From Escherichia coli (GTDB lineage: Bacteria; Pseudomonadota; Gammaproteobacteria; Enterobacterales; Enterobacteriaceae): a DNA stretch of 33,115 bases. This document shows positions 8,497-17,047 of this stretch, one piece after another. Numbering within the stretch: the first letter of the stretch is position 1; every line of letters starts with the position of its first letter. A model generated the notes under the pieces. That model saw nothing but the letters and a program-made list of their open reading frames with translations, made no database searches and had not been told where the DNA came from. The stretch lies in the NCBI RefSeq assembly GCF_003334385.1, contig NZ_QOWN01000049.1. One strand, given 5' to 3'. A program made the position numbers and the translations under genes.

Positions 8497-9077
8497 TGAA
8501 CCATCTCATGATTGACACCGAAACACTGGGTAACGGACCGGACGCAGCCATATTCGCGATTGGGGCGGTGTTTTTCGACCCGTTCACCGGAAAGCTGGGC
8601 AAGCAGTTTGAGAAATTCATCGACCCGGTGGATTCAGAACGCAACGGCGGAACCGTCAATGCAGCCACCGCTGTATGGTGGGCCGGACAATCCGTGGAGG
8701 CCAGATCCTGCCTGCGCAACGCAGATGGAACAGAGCTGGCAGCAGTGACCGAATTTCTGGCGTTCATTTCACGCAATATGCATGACGAAAGCCCGGGCAA
8801 TTCACTGAACATATGGTGTAAGGGCGCATCCTTCGATTTCCCGATCCTGAAATCCGCCATAACACGCACAGCCGGAGAAAAAAGCATCCCCTGGTGCTAC
8901 TGGAACGAGCGCTGTATGCGCCCGCTTATCGCCATGGCTGAATCAACTGGATGGAAAATGCCAGGCAGATCAGGAAAAGAGGCCATTGCTCACACCGCGC
9001 TGGGCGACGCCATTTACCAGGCAAAGGTCGTGTCAGAAATCTGGCAGCGCTTCACAACACCATTCCTGAACATATGA
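8496..9077 (+). CDS. DEDDh-type 3'-5' exonuclease (DnaQ-like fold)
   Basis: Motifs MIDTETLG (Exo I), internal acidic residues and HTALGDA (Exo III with His) in a 193-aa protein; coupled to the upstream gene. Confidence 0.8.
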   Translation: MNHLMIDTETLGNGPDAAIFAIGAVFFDPFTGKLGKQFEKFIDPVDSERNGGTVNAATAVWWAGQSVEARSCLRNADGTELAAVTEFLAFISRNMHDESPGNSLNIWCKGASFDFPILKSAITRTAGEKSIPWCYWNERCMRPLIAMAESTGWKMPGRSGKEAIAHTALGDAIYQAKVVSEIWQRFTTPFLNI

Positions 9078-9086
9078 GGTGAAGCC

Positions 9087-9314
9087 ATGGTCGCCATCCT
9101 GAATGTGTGTTGCTGCCCCCCCCTGAACGTGGAAAGAAAAGCCCGCGCATCGCTGCGTTTATTCCGCGACGGCGTGCGGAATTTTTCACGCATAAAACCC
9201 CACGACTACCTGGTAATAAGAATCGGTTTCCGCTGGCGATTACTGAGCAAAAACAACGGGGCGTCATGGGATTTATTAACGCACGAAACCTATAACAAAG
9301 AGGCCGCGTTATGA
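9087..9314 (+). CDS. Hypothetical protein (75 aa, Cys-rich N-terminus)
   Basis: ATG 9087 after gaggtga; stop overlaps the dam start (ATGA), consistent with coupling; no domain recognised. Confidence 0.4.
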   Translation: MVAILNVCCCPPLNVERKARASLRLFRDGVRNFSRIKPHDYLVIRIGFRWRLLSKNNGASWDLLTHETYNKEAAL

Positions 9315-10291
9315 GCAAAGAACTGTTATCCGGTACGCCACTGAAATGGGTGGGCGGAAAAAGCCGCATCATGAACACACTGAAGGCGCACCTGCCAGAA
9401 GCCGACTGTCTGGTTGAGCCGTTCGTGGGCGGCGCATCGGTATTCATGAACACCAGTTACAAGCGTTACATCCTGGGTGATTCCAATGGTGCGCTGATTA
9501 ATTTCTACCGGCAAGCTAGGGACAACACCGACAGCCTGATCGACGAGGCGAAAACCCTGTTCCTGAACCACAACAACAGGGGTGACTATCTCATCATTCG
9601 CGAAACCTTTAACGCAGAGAATCATGCCTTCCTGAACAGCAGAACGGGAATAAGCGACCGCCGTGAACTGCGACTGGCCGCCATGTTTTTGTACCTGAAC
9701 CGACACAGCTTTAACGGTTTGTTCCGCGTGAACGGAAAAGGCGATTTTAACGTGCCTTTCGGCTGCTACCGCAAGCCCTACTTCCCTGAGCGTGAAATCC
9801 GCGCATTTGCAGACAAGGCAAACAGCACCCGAACGCTGCTTATCCACGCAGATTTTAAGGATACGCTGAACTCTGCCAGTCACCTGTTCGGCATGGGCAA
9901 CACGCTTTGCGTGTACTGCGATCCCCCTTACCTGCAATTCAGTGGCCGGGACAATTTTACCGCCTACGGAAAACCATTCGATGAAGACGAGCACGTTCGT
10001 CTGAGGGCAGCGCTTGACCGCCTTTCACAGGAAACGGGCGGCATGACCAGCATCACCATCTCCAATTCCGACACACCGGAAACCAGACGCATTTATCAGG
10101 GTTACCGGATGAACACCATCCTGGCACCACGAAGCGTTGGCGCAAGAACCCGGGAATCAGCACCGGAGGTTATCGCCACCCTGAGACAGTGCGACGCCTG
10201 CGGTCGCCATGGCGGTGGCTACTGCCCGGACTGCGGACCTGTAACGGAAGATGCAACTTACAGCGCGATGTTAATCACCGCCAGTACGTAA
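9311..10291 (+). CDS. dam: DNA adenine (N6) methyltransferase, Dam family, with C-terminal Cys4 extension
   Basis: N-terminal PLKWVGGK, FVGGASVF and catalytic DPPY motif typical of Dam-family MTases; C-terminal CDACGRHGGGYCPDCGP is zinc-ribbon-like. Confidence 0.88.
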   Translation: MSKELLSGTPLKWVGGKSRIMNTLKAHLPEADCLVEPFVGGASVFMNTSYKRYILGDSNGALINFYRQARDNTDSLIDEAKTLFLNHNNRGDYLIIRETFNAENHAFLNSRTGISDRRELRLAAMFLYLNRHSFNGLFRVNGKGDFNVPFGCYRKPYFPEREIRAFADKANSTRTLLIHADFKDTLNSASHLFGMGNTLCVYCDPPYLQFSGRDNFTAYGKPFDEDEHVRLRAALDRLSQETGGMTSITISNSDTPETRRIYQGYRMNTILAPRSVGARTRESAPEVIATLRQCDACGRHGGGYCPDCGPVTEDATYSAMLITAST

Positions 10292-10325
10292 ACAACCAGT
10301 AAATCAGTAACACCGGAGTCAGGAA

Positions 10326-10562
10326 ATGAATAGCGAAAACAACAAAGAGCTTTTGCGGGAATTGCGTCTCATCGCCCGTGCACACGAGGAAGCAGCAAAA
10401 GTTATCGCTGCTGCTGGAAGACCAGAGCTCGTTATCGCTTCAGCAATCTCACTGAGGATCACCATGGAAGCAATCCGGGTGATTCAGGATCAGGAAAGTG
10501 AAATCGCCACCCTTAAAAAGCAGCTCAACGAGAAATCTGCCGGGCAAAGGAGTCAGCAATGA
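10326..10562 (+). CDS. Hypothetical protein (78 aa)
   Basis: ATG 10326 with ggag RBS; coupled to the next ORF (ATGA). Confidence 0.55.
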   Translation: MNSENNKELLRELRLIARAHEEAAKVIAAAGRPELVIASAISLRITMEAIRVIQDQESEIATLKKQLNEKSAGQRSQQ

Positions 10563-10777
10563 TCCAGGAATCAACCGTTATCCGGTTCACAGCCAACGGC
10601 CGTCAGTACGAGGTAGACGAAGCCCTGATTGATTACAGCATGACCCGCCAGAGCTCACGCTTTCAGGACATGTACCACATCCGGCTAATCAACGGTTCGT
10701 CTTTCAACGCCACAAACGTGGAAGAAGTACGCGTGCTGACAGCAACACGCAACACGGGAGGTAAAGCATGGCAGTGA
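10559..10777 (+). CDS. Hypothetical protein (72 aa)
   Basis: ATGA overlap with the upstream gene; overlaps the downstream start. Confidence 0.55.
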   Translation: MIQESTVIRFTANGRQYEVDEALIDYSMTRQSSRFQDMYHIRLINGSSFNATNVEEVRVLTATRNTGGKAWQ

Positions 10778-11118
10778 TTTATATCGCCGGCCCCATGACC
10801 GGATACGAAGACTGCAATAGAACGGCGTTTTGCCTGGAGGATCTGAAGCTTCGGTGCGCCGGAAACATCGTTCTTAATCCTGCCGTACTGCCTGACGGAT
10901 TAAGCCAGCAGCAGTACATGAGTATTTGTATTCCGATGCTCATGTGTGCCGATGCCATTTACTTACTGGATGGATGGGAAGAATCCGCTGGCGCACGGGC
11001 TGAGTACGCAATGGCGCTCAAACTGAACATGCCAGTGTCATTCCCGGAAAACCGGGCAGCCGTCGAAACCGTCGCGCAGCTGCTTCACAAATCAAAAGCC
11101 ACACAGGCGACTGAGTAA
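10768..11118 (+). CDS. DUF4406-like protein (nucleoside 2-deoxyribosyltransferase-like fold)
   Basis: N-terminal MAVIYIAGPMTG motif typical of DUF4406 phage proteins as recalled; gggagg RBS. Confidence 0.6.
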   Translation: MAVIYIAGPMTGYEDCNRTAFCLEDLKLRCAGNIVLNPAVLPDGLSQQQYMSICIPMLMCADAIYLLDGWEESAGARAEYAMALKLNMPVSFPENRAAVETVAQLLHKSKATQATE

Positions 11119-11616
11119 CCGACCGGAGATCGAAACATGATTGCGCGAAGAGCTGCCAACCGCCTCACAGGCTTTATTCCAGGCAAGGTTGATCATGCAC
11201 TCCATCACGGCGCTGTCACTTTCCTCAACAAAGGAGAGGCGCGCAATCATGCATTCTGGGGTGAGCACGTGGCGCTGGCTAATCAGTCTTTGATAGCTAA
11301 GCGCCTGCCATTCAGCCTTTTCAGCTCTGATAGAAAGAGAGGCAGCCATGACCTGCCACACCAGAAAGAGCACCACACTGGCGAAAACAAACGTTGCGCT
11401 GTCGCAAAAAATGAATGCGGCAACAATCGCAAGGAAAGCGCTAATCCTCAGAACCAAGGAAGCGCGACGGTGGAGAAGGCTTGTCATGTGTTCAAGCCAG
11501 TAGCTGTACCACAGGTCAAAAAGAATTTCGTAATCAGAAGGGAGCTTATCACTCATCAGAAACACCCCGCGTATGCAGACAATCACCAGTTGCCAGGTGA
11601 TATTAATTCGCAACAT
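11092..11616 (-). CDS. Hypothetical membrane protein (2-3 predicted TM helices), antisense to early operon
   Basis: Hydrophobic stretches ITWQLVIVCIRGVFL, LVLRISAFLAIVAAFIFC and FVFASVVLFLVWQVMAA followed by a ~70-aa soluble tail; convergent with and overlapping the 3' end of the DUF4406 gene; start uncertain (ATG 11616 or 11556; track starts at GTG 11739). Confidence 0.45.
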   Translation of the reverse strand: MLRINITWQLVIVCIRGVFLMSDKLPSDYEILFDLWYSYWLEHMTSLLHRRASLVLRISAFLAIVAAFIFCDSATFVFASVVLFLVWQVMAASLSIRAEKAEWQALSYQRLISQRHVLTPECMIARLSFVEESDSAVMECMINLAWNKACEAVGSSSRNHVSISGRLLSRLCGF

Positions 11617-11939
11617 TCTAACCACATCAGCACGCAACACAAAAACCGCTTGCCAGCGCTCGTCGTGTCGGGTTACATTTCCGCTGCACCTCATAAAACG
11701 GGTGCCGGGATTTCCACCCCGCTGACAAACGAAGCGCACAGCCGCGCCAGCGGTTTTTTTGTGCGTACTGTATCGCCACGTCTTTTTCGCGTCAGAATTA
11801 TGGCGGGGCGTACAGGGCCGACTTCGGTCGGGCCGGTTTCTTCGTTTGCCGGTTGTGGAAACCCTGTACGTCTCGCCACCCTGAGTTTTCCACCTCTGGT
11901 TGGTGAGTTTTCAAAATTCACAAACGAAGAGGCCACACC

Positions 11940-12161
11940 ATGGCAAACCGCAAGCAACAGCGCGCCCGCGCTGAGCGTCTTCACATCCGCAGCGAAATCA
12001 ACCGCAGACTTTTCCGCGCAACACGCGTCGCGCAAATCATGCATATCAACATGCTGCATGAGCGCACGCACGCACTATCAAACCGTTACTGCGCTGCCGT
12101 CTTCAGCTATCTGGCCGAAGACCTGGCAGAACTGCAAAGCCTCATCAACCAGCACCGATAA
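11940..12161 (+). CDS. Hypothetical small basic protein (73 aa)
   Basis: ATG 11940 with gaagagg RBS; arginine-rich; no domain recognised. Confidence 0.4.
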   Translation: MANRKQQRARAERLHIRSEINRRLFRATRVAQIMHINMLHERTHALSNRYCAAVFSYLAEDLAELQSLINQHR

Positions 12162-12229
12162 ACCACATCCGGAAGCTATCCCACACCTGCACGCGGGAGG
12201 CTTCCGCACATCTGTTACCGGAGGTTCTC

Positions 12230-12646
12230 ATGAAGAGCGTTAAGGGACTTTCAGATATTCAGGACTTCTTTAACTGGATGTGGGCGGTGGATCCCCTGCT
12301 GGCTTCCCGCCTGAACAACTGGCACGACTACTACCGCCGCGCCTGTAAACAGGCCGCCCGCAGCATCACCACATACGGGGATTTCTCCTTCACCGTTGAC
12401 GGTCGTTACCGCGTGGACGTGAAAGGTGACGGTGATGGCTTTGGTTTATTTCACATCAACGGCACCGACAGTACCGCCATCAGCTGGTCATCGTCAGAGA
12501 TGGCACTGGTTCTGGAAATGACAACCCACAGCGTGGCCGTGAAAGGCATATACACCGCAGAAGACTTTATCGGTGAATACCAGCGCCTTCTCGTGCTGTA
12601 CCGCGCGGCGTTTCAGGAGGTCACTGGCGGGGAGTACGACGCATGA
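12230..12646 (+). CDS. Hypothetical protein (138 aa) preceding replication gene A
   Basis: ATG 12230 with ggagg RBS; stop overlaps the A start (ATGA). Confidence 0.6.
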   Translation: MKSVKGLSDIQDFFNWMWAVDPLLASRLNNWHDYYRRACKQAARSITTYGDFSFTVDGRYRVDVKGDGDGFGLFHINGTDSTAISWSSSEMALVLEMTTHSVAVKGIYTAEDFIGEYQRLLVLYRAAFQEVTGGEYDA

Positions 12647-15156
12647 GTGACCGCAATGCACAGCTGGCGTACCCGTGGAACGCACCGCTACCGGTTATCG
12701 ATCCTGAAACGTTCGGCAGAGCACAACCAACCGCATTACGCCAGGCCATTCAGAGCTACATCAACGAGGACATTCGCATTGATGCCAGACTGGATGAAGA
12801 AACCGTCTCCTTCCTGACAAACACAGACGAAGGCAAGCGAATTAATTCGCATCTTCACCACGACGAAGAGCGTCGGGTCAGACTGGAAAAACTGGCGAAG
12901 CACAAACGCGAGAATCCGCCCACGGTGGTATCGGAAGCCATGGCAGAACTTCGCGCCCTGCCCTCGTTTCTTGCCAGTCCGCTCATCCGGGACCTGGCTC
13001 GCCTGAGCCGCAAACAGGAGAGCGCACGCCGGGAAGGGCTTAAGAATAACAGCGCATATGCGGCGGATAACTTCGTTCGTCATGGGCTGCGTGCCCGCCT
13101 GAAACGTATCGCCCGTGTGAATGAACGCTTTGCCACCCCGGCCTTTAAGGCCACCGCCGCCCGCGAACGGCTGGATGAACTGCTTATACTGCCGCAGCTG
13201 AGCCGTGACGAAATCCAGCACCTTGCCACCCTGACCGCCACCGCGTTTTCCGCCGCACTGGAGCGCGCATGTGATGAGATCATCGAAAAGACCGGCAGGG
13301 GTGACGATGACCTGTTCACCTGGTTACTGACCTACCAGTCACTGGCACACATGGCGTTAAAACTGGGTATCACGCCACCCTGCTGGCCGTCGCTGGAAAT
13401 CAGGCCAGACCGCCGCACCGCCCCCAACCCGGAACGGGTGCCGGGTGCGGTCATGCGCCTTTCCTGTGCGACATGGTGGAACAGTCAGTTAAGACACCTC
13501 CGGGACATCTGGCGTGAAGAGCTGTTACGCGCCGCAGGTCTGGTGTCACGTAAGACATCGGTATATATCAGCCATGAAGCGTTACTGGACTGGCGCGAAA
13601 AACGCCAGCGCACCCGCGATTTTCTGAAGGCCTGGGACATCGAGAACGAAGAGGGAGAACGGTTCAGCCTTGAGGATATCTACTGGGCAGGTCTCTCTAA
13701 TCCGCGTAACCGCCGTAACGAGATGATGACCTGCGCCCGGGGAATGGAGCAGGTCGCCGAAGCACGCGGCGACGTGGCGTTTTTCGTCACCGTCACAGCC
13801 CCTTCCCGTTTTCACAGCGTGAACGATGACGGCAGTCTGAACCCGAAATACTGCGGGGCAACGGTACGCGATGCCAGTGATTATCTGGTTTACCGCTTTT
13901 TCGCCGCCGTCCGCAGGGCCATCGACAAGGCCGGGCTGGGCTGGTACGGCGTGCGCACAGTGGAGCCCCACCACGACGGTACACCGCACTGGCACATGCT
14001 GGTATTCACCAGCCAGGAAAACGAAGCCCGTATCACTGAAATCATGCGCAACGCCGCCATCAGGGAGGACCGCGCAGAGCTGGGTGATGATATCTCCCCG
14101 CGTTTTAAATGCGAAAAAATCGACCCGGCAAAAGGCACACCGACAAGCTATATCGCGACCTATATCGGTAAGAACCTGGACGCCAGCGCCTTCATGGGAA
14201 ATGACCCGAAAACCGGCAAACCTTACATCGATAAGGAATCAGGCAAAACCATGGCCGAAACCGTGGAGAACGCCATCGGCTGGGCAGGCCTTCACCGCAT
14301 CCACCAGTTCCAGTTCTTCGGTATCCCGCCCCGCCAGGTATGGCGCGAACTCCGCCGCCTTGCCGGGCAGATGGCCCGTAACCCGACTGCCCCACAGCGT
14401 CTGGACCATGACGACATTGACGCCATACTGGCCGCCGCCGACGTGGGATGTTTTGCCACCTATATCACCCGCCAGGGTGGTGTGCTCATTCCCCGCAACA
14501 CGTACCTGGTCCGCACCGCATACGAAACTGCCGAAGAGGCCAACGACTACGGCGAATTCCCGCAACGCATTTACGGCGTCCGCGCCCCGTTACTCGGGGA
14601 GCGCTACACCATATGCACCCACCCGGACACCTGGAAACTGGTCAGACGTAAGCCGGAAAACGAAGACCGCACGGACGAGGGTTTTGACGTTGAGTGCGGC
14701 TTTGCCGCACCTTGGACTCGTGGCAATAACTGTCCCCATGATGAAAAAACAGACACCGGAGAGGGTAAAACCCCACCACCGGAAACCAGGAAAGAACAAA
14801 AACTGGTCGTCCCGGGAGGTGATTTGGGTGAGTGGTTAAGGTCACTGACCCCCACAGAGCGAAAACAACTCACCAGGCAGCTGAAAGATGCGCCATCTGA
14901 CACAAAAACCGTGAAAACCGGCGGCCCCACCACGCCCGATGACGTCATACATGTGCGTACAGCATTGCCGCTGACTGACGTCACCACCACCGTAATCAAG
15001 TCGGCACTGAGCGCGACGGGCGAGGAGCTACACAGTGGCGCAGCACTTTCCGTACACAGAGGTGCACGCGTTCGCCTGCCTGACGGGCGGATTGTGCACT
15101 GGGATGAGAAATCACGAAGCCTGGTGGCAGCAGATCAACCGGAGGTGAACCCATGA
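12643..15156 (+). CDS. A: Rolling-circle replication initiation endonuclease, P2 gpA family
   Basis: 837 aa with HUH motif (TPHWHMLVF) and paired active-site tyrosines (YIATYIGK) characteristic of P2 A / phiX174 gpA-type nickases. Confidence 0.9.
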   Translation: MSDRNAQLAYPWNAPLPVIDPETFGRAQPTALRQAIQSYINEDIRIDARLDEETVSFLTNTDEGKRINSHLHHDEERRVRLEKLAKHKRENPPTVVSEAMAELRALPSFLASPLIRDLARLSRKQESARREGLKNNSAYAADNFVRHGLRARLKRIARVNERFATPAFKATAARERLDELLILPQLSRDEIQHLATLTATAFSAALERACDEIIEKTGRGDDDLFTWLLTYQSLAHMALKLGITPPCWPSLEIRPDRRTAPNPERVPGAVMRLSCATWWNSQLRHLRDIWREELLRAAGLVSRKTSVYISHEALLDWREKRQRTRDFLKAWDIENEEGERFSLEDIYWAGLSNPRNRRNEMMTCARGMEQVAEARGDVAFFVTVTAPSRFHSVNDDGSLNPKYCGATVRDASDYLVYRFFAAVRRAIDKAGLGWYGVRTVEPHHDGTPHWHMLVFTSQENEARITEIMRNAAIREDRAELGDDISPRFKCEKIDPAKGTPTSYIATYIGKNLDASAFMGNDPKTGKPYIDKESGKTMAETVENAIGWAGLHRIHQFQFFGIPPRQVWRELRRLAGQMARNPTAPQRLDHDDIDAILAAADVGCFATYITRQGGVLIPRNTYLVRTAYETAEEANDYGEFPQRIYGVRAPLLGERYTICTHPDTWKLVRRKPENEDRTDEGFDVECGFAAPWTRGNNCPHDEKTDTGEGKTPPPETRKEQKLVVPGGDLGEWLRSLTPTERKQLTRQLKDAPSDTKTVKTGGPTTPDDVIHVRTALPLTDVTTTVIKSALSATGEELHSGAALSVHRGARVRLPDGRIVHWDEKSRSLVAADQPEVNP

Positions 15157-15557
15157 CACGATTCCATTGTGTACTCCAGCGCCATGATTTCAGCGCCATC
15201 ATGAGTGGACGCATTCCCGCACTGACGCTGAGCGGCGTCAGTGTTCGACCACAGCCAGGCGACGAACTGGAGATCACGATCGCAAACCCCGATCGCAGCA
15301 CAGATACCGTCATGACCGACATCCTGACTGCAAGAATCAACACCGACAGAAGCGCATTCATCGTTGCCGTGCGCCCTCGTCGCGCCATATCAGAGCCTGA
15401 ACCACTGACTCCCGTAGGAAAAATCATGCAGGCATACCACGAAAAACAGACCAGAAAACTCAACGAAGAACTGGCAAGAACGCTGGCCGTCGTTAACCGA
15501 AAAGCGGCAATTGTCCGCTATGTGCATTCGGCCGCCAGCAGGCAATCACGCAGGTAA
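15153..15557 (+). CDS. Hypothetical protein (134 aa), coupled to A
   Basis: ATGA overlap with the A stop; no domain recognised. Confidence 0.6.
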   Translation: MTRFHCVLQRHDFSAIMSGRIPALTLSGVSVRPQPGDELEITIANPDRSTDTVMTDILTARINTDRSAFIVAVRPRRAISEPEPLTPVGKIMQAYHEKQTRKLNEELARTLAVVNRKAAIVRYVHSAASRQSRR

Positions 15558-15605
15558 CAAAAGACCATGAACATGACCAGAAACAGCAAACCGAAGGAGC
15601 ACACC

Positions 15606-15776
15606 ATGAACGACATCAGGAGGATCAGCGACAAAGAGCTTACGAAAATGATTGAGTCGGCGCAGCAGCTGCTTTCACGACGAAATCCGGTTGTGGAAGA
15701 AACATGGTGGGAAAATTTACTGACAGCACTGACCGAACTCCGCGAACGCCGGAACAACGAAGGAGCCGCCAAATGA
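15606..15776 (+). CDS. Hypothetical small protein (56 aa)
   Basis: ATG 15606 (MNDIRRIS...) with aaggag RBS 7 nt upstream; the track ORF starts at 15567; stop overlaps the next start. Confidence 0.5.
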   Translation: MNDIRRISDKELTKMIESAQQLLSRRNPVVEETWWENLLTALTELRERRNNEGAAK

Positions 15777-16111
15777 AGACACCCAGAATGACCGGAAAGG
15801 TAATCATTTTACGCTACCTGGAAACGCACGCACGCTTCAGCGCACCAGAGCTGGTTGAAAAACTGGGCGTGAAAAGGACCATCATTAATCAGGCCGCCGG
15901 AAAGATGGTACGCGAAGGGCTGCTGGTTGTGGACGGGTACACGGACAAGATAACGCATTACCGGAAGCCAACGGAAAAGGAACGACTGGAGCTGGCGCAA
16001 CGGGCAGAATGGCAACAAGAGCCGTCCGTAATTGAAGCCTGCAAGCGCAGCGAAATCATGAAGAGAATTCTGTTTATCTACGGCGCTGGCGAAGAGCTGC
16101 CAGTCATCTAA
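15773..16111 (+). CDS. Winged-helix DNA-binding protein (MarR/PadR-like), hypothetical
   Basis: ATG 15773 with aggag RBS; segment FSAPELVEKLGVKRTIINQAAGKMVREGLLVV has a wHTH pattern. Confidence 0.5.
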   Translation: MKTPRMTGKVIILRYLETHARFSAPELVEKLGVKRTIINQAAGKMVREGLLVVDGYTDKITHYRKPTEKERLELAQRAEWQQEPSVIEACKRSEIMKRILFIYGAGEELPVI

Positions 16112-16143
16112 CCCCAACAATAAAACCAACACGGGAGACAAAT

Positions 16144-16461
16144 ATGCCAACACAGGTTGCAACAGAGGGACGACTGGCAGCAGACCCGAACACAAGGAGA
16201 ACAACCAAAGGAACCAACGTCACAACGGCACAACTGGCGGTATCACTACCCTGCCATGGCGCAGAACAGCCAACCACAATGTGGCTTTACCTTATTTCAT
16301 TCGGGAAGCAGCACGAAGAACTGGCAAAACACAGAAAAGGCGATCTGATTCTGGTGCACGGAAACTTGCAGGTAAACAGGTATCAGGACAAGTACGGGCA
16401 ACAGAAAGAGAGCTGGCAGTTGCTGGCGCAAAGCATTATCAGCTCAAGAACCGGGCGATGA
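16144..16461 (+). CDS. SSB-like OB-fold protein (105 aa, lacks C-terminal acidic tail)
   Basis: Aligns in pattern to the N-terminal OB fold of bacterial SSB (G-L..DP..R....G..V....LAVS...W....FGK..E.....KG....V.G.L....Y.D..GQ); gggaga RBS; followed by an intrinsic terminator. Confidence 0.6.
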   Translation: MPTQVATEGRLAADPNTRRTTKGTNVTTAQLAVSLPCHGAEQPTTMWLYLISFGKQHEELAKHRKGDLILVHGNLQVNRYQDKYGQQKESWQLLAQSIISSRTGR

Positions 16462-16471
16462 CTTCACGCAT

Positions 16472-16511
16472 GTTACCCTCAGCAGCGAGGGTAACACAGG
16501 ATTTCTTTTTT
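16472..16511 (+). terminator. Rho-independent terminator ending the early/replication operon
   Basis: Perfect 9-bp stem gttaccctc / gagggtaac with a 6-nt loop, followed a few nt downstream by a T-tract (tttcttttttt). Confidence 0.6.
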
Positions 16512-17047
16512 CAGTCAAACCGAAATCGGCCGCTTGTCGCGTATGCATAGGTGACCACCGCACCCAGCGCATTCACACGCTTCTTCACATAAATCACATT
16601 ACCATCCTGATAGTCACCGTATGGGTAGCAAATAAATATTGTTTTTTGCAAATCAGGATCATCAACAAATGCCCCTGAACAACTTTTTGAGCTACCGCGA
16701 CTGTACTCATAGGGAGCGGAATAGAATGAATCTTCACCCGGAAGAAAATATATCAGCGTAACCAGGAGGGTAAACAGAATCATCCAGGTAAGAAGGCACA
16801 TACCCGAAAAAAACTTAAGATACGATGTAACCCCGGTAAATTTAGACCGATCAACCAGGTTCTTTTTCAACAGGCACAGTGAGGCAAAAACCGAAAGCAC
16901 CACAGACACTGAAACAAGGCAGTTTGTCGTGAACGAATAAAGGTAGGTAATTCTGTAAACATCGTTTCGCCACCAAATAAAAAGAAAAATCCCCCCCAAA
17001 ACAGAAAGCGTGACAAAAGTTAAATAAGGATATGAGTAATTTTTCAC
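16511..17047 (-). CDS. Hypothetical multi-pass membrane protein (AT-rich cargo gene at the tin/old position)
   Basis: Low-GC ORF with three hydrophobic helices (YLTFVTLSVLGGIFLFIWW, CLVSVSVVLSVFASLCLL, MCLLTWMILFTLLVTLIYFL) and a ~75-aa C-terminal soluble region; start uncertain (GTG 17047 after ggtgag, or ATG 16801). Confidence 0.4.
   Translation of the reverse strand: MKNYSYPYLTFVTLSVLGGIFLFIWWRNDVYRITYLYSFTTNCLVSVSVVLSVFASLCLLKKNLVDRSKFTGVTSYLKFFSGMCLLTWMILFTLLVTLIYFLPGEDSFYSAPYEYSRGSSKSCSGAFVDDPDLQKTIFICYPYGDYQDGNVIYVKKRVNALGAVVTYAYATSGRFRFD

Noticed and set aside
11137-12243. 368-aa plus-strand ORF spanning the region opposite the minus-strand membrane-protein gene
   Set aside because: Composition is low-complexity and S/T/H/R-rich like antisense reading of a hydrophobic gene; it has no RBS and overlaps two better-supported small plus-strand genes (11940, 12230).
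13871-14839. 322-aa plus-strand ORF in an alternative frame within gene A, plus minus-strand ORFs at 12736-13221 and 13582-13995
   Set aside because: They overlap the gpA-like gene, whose frame carries the HUH and Tyr motifs; the alternatives are Pro/Ser/Thr/Arg-rich as expected for off-frame GC-rich sequence.
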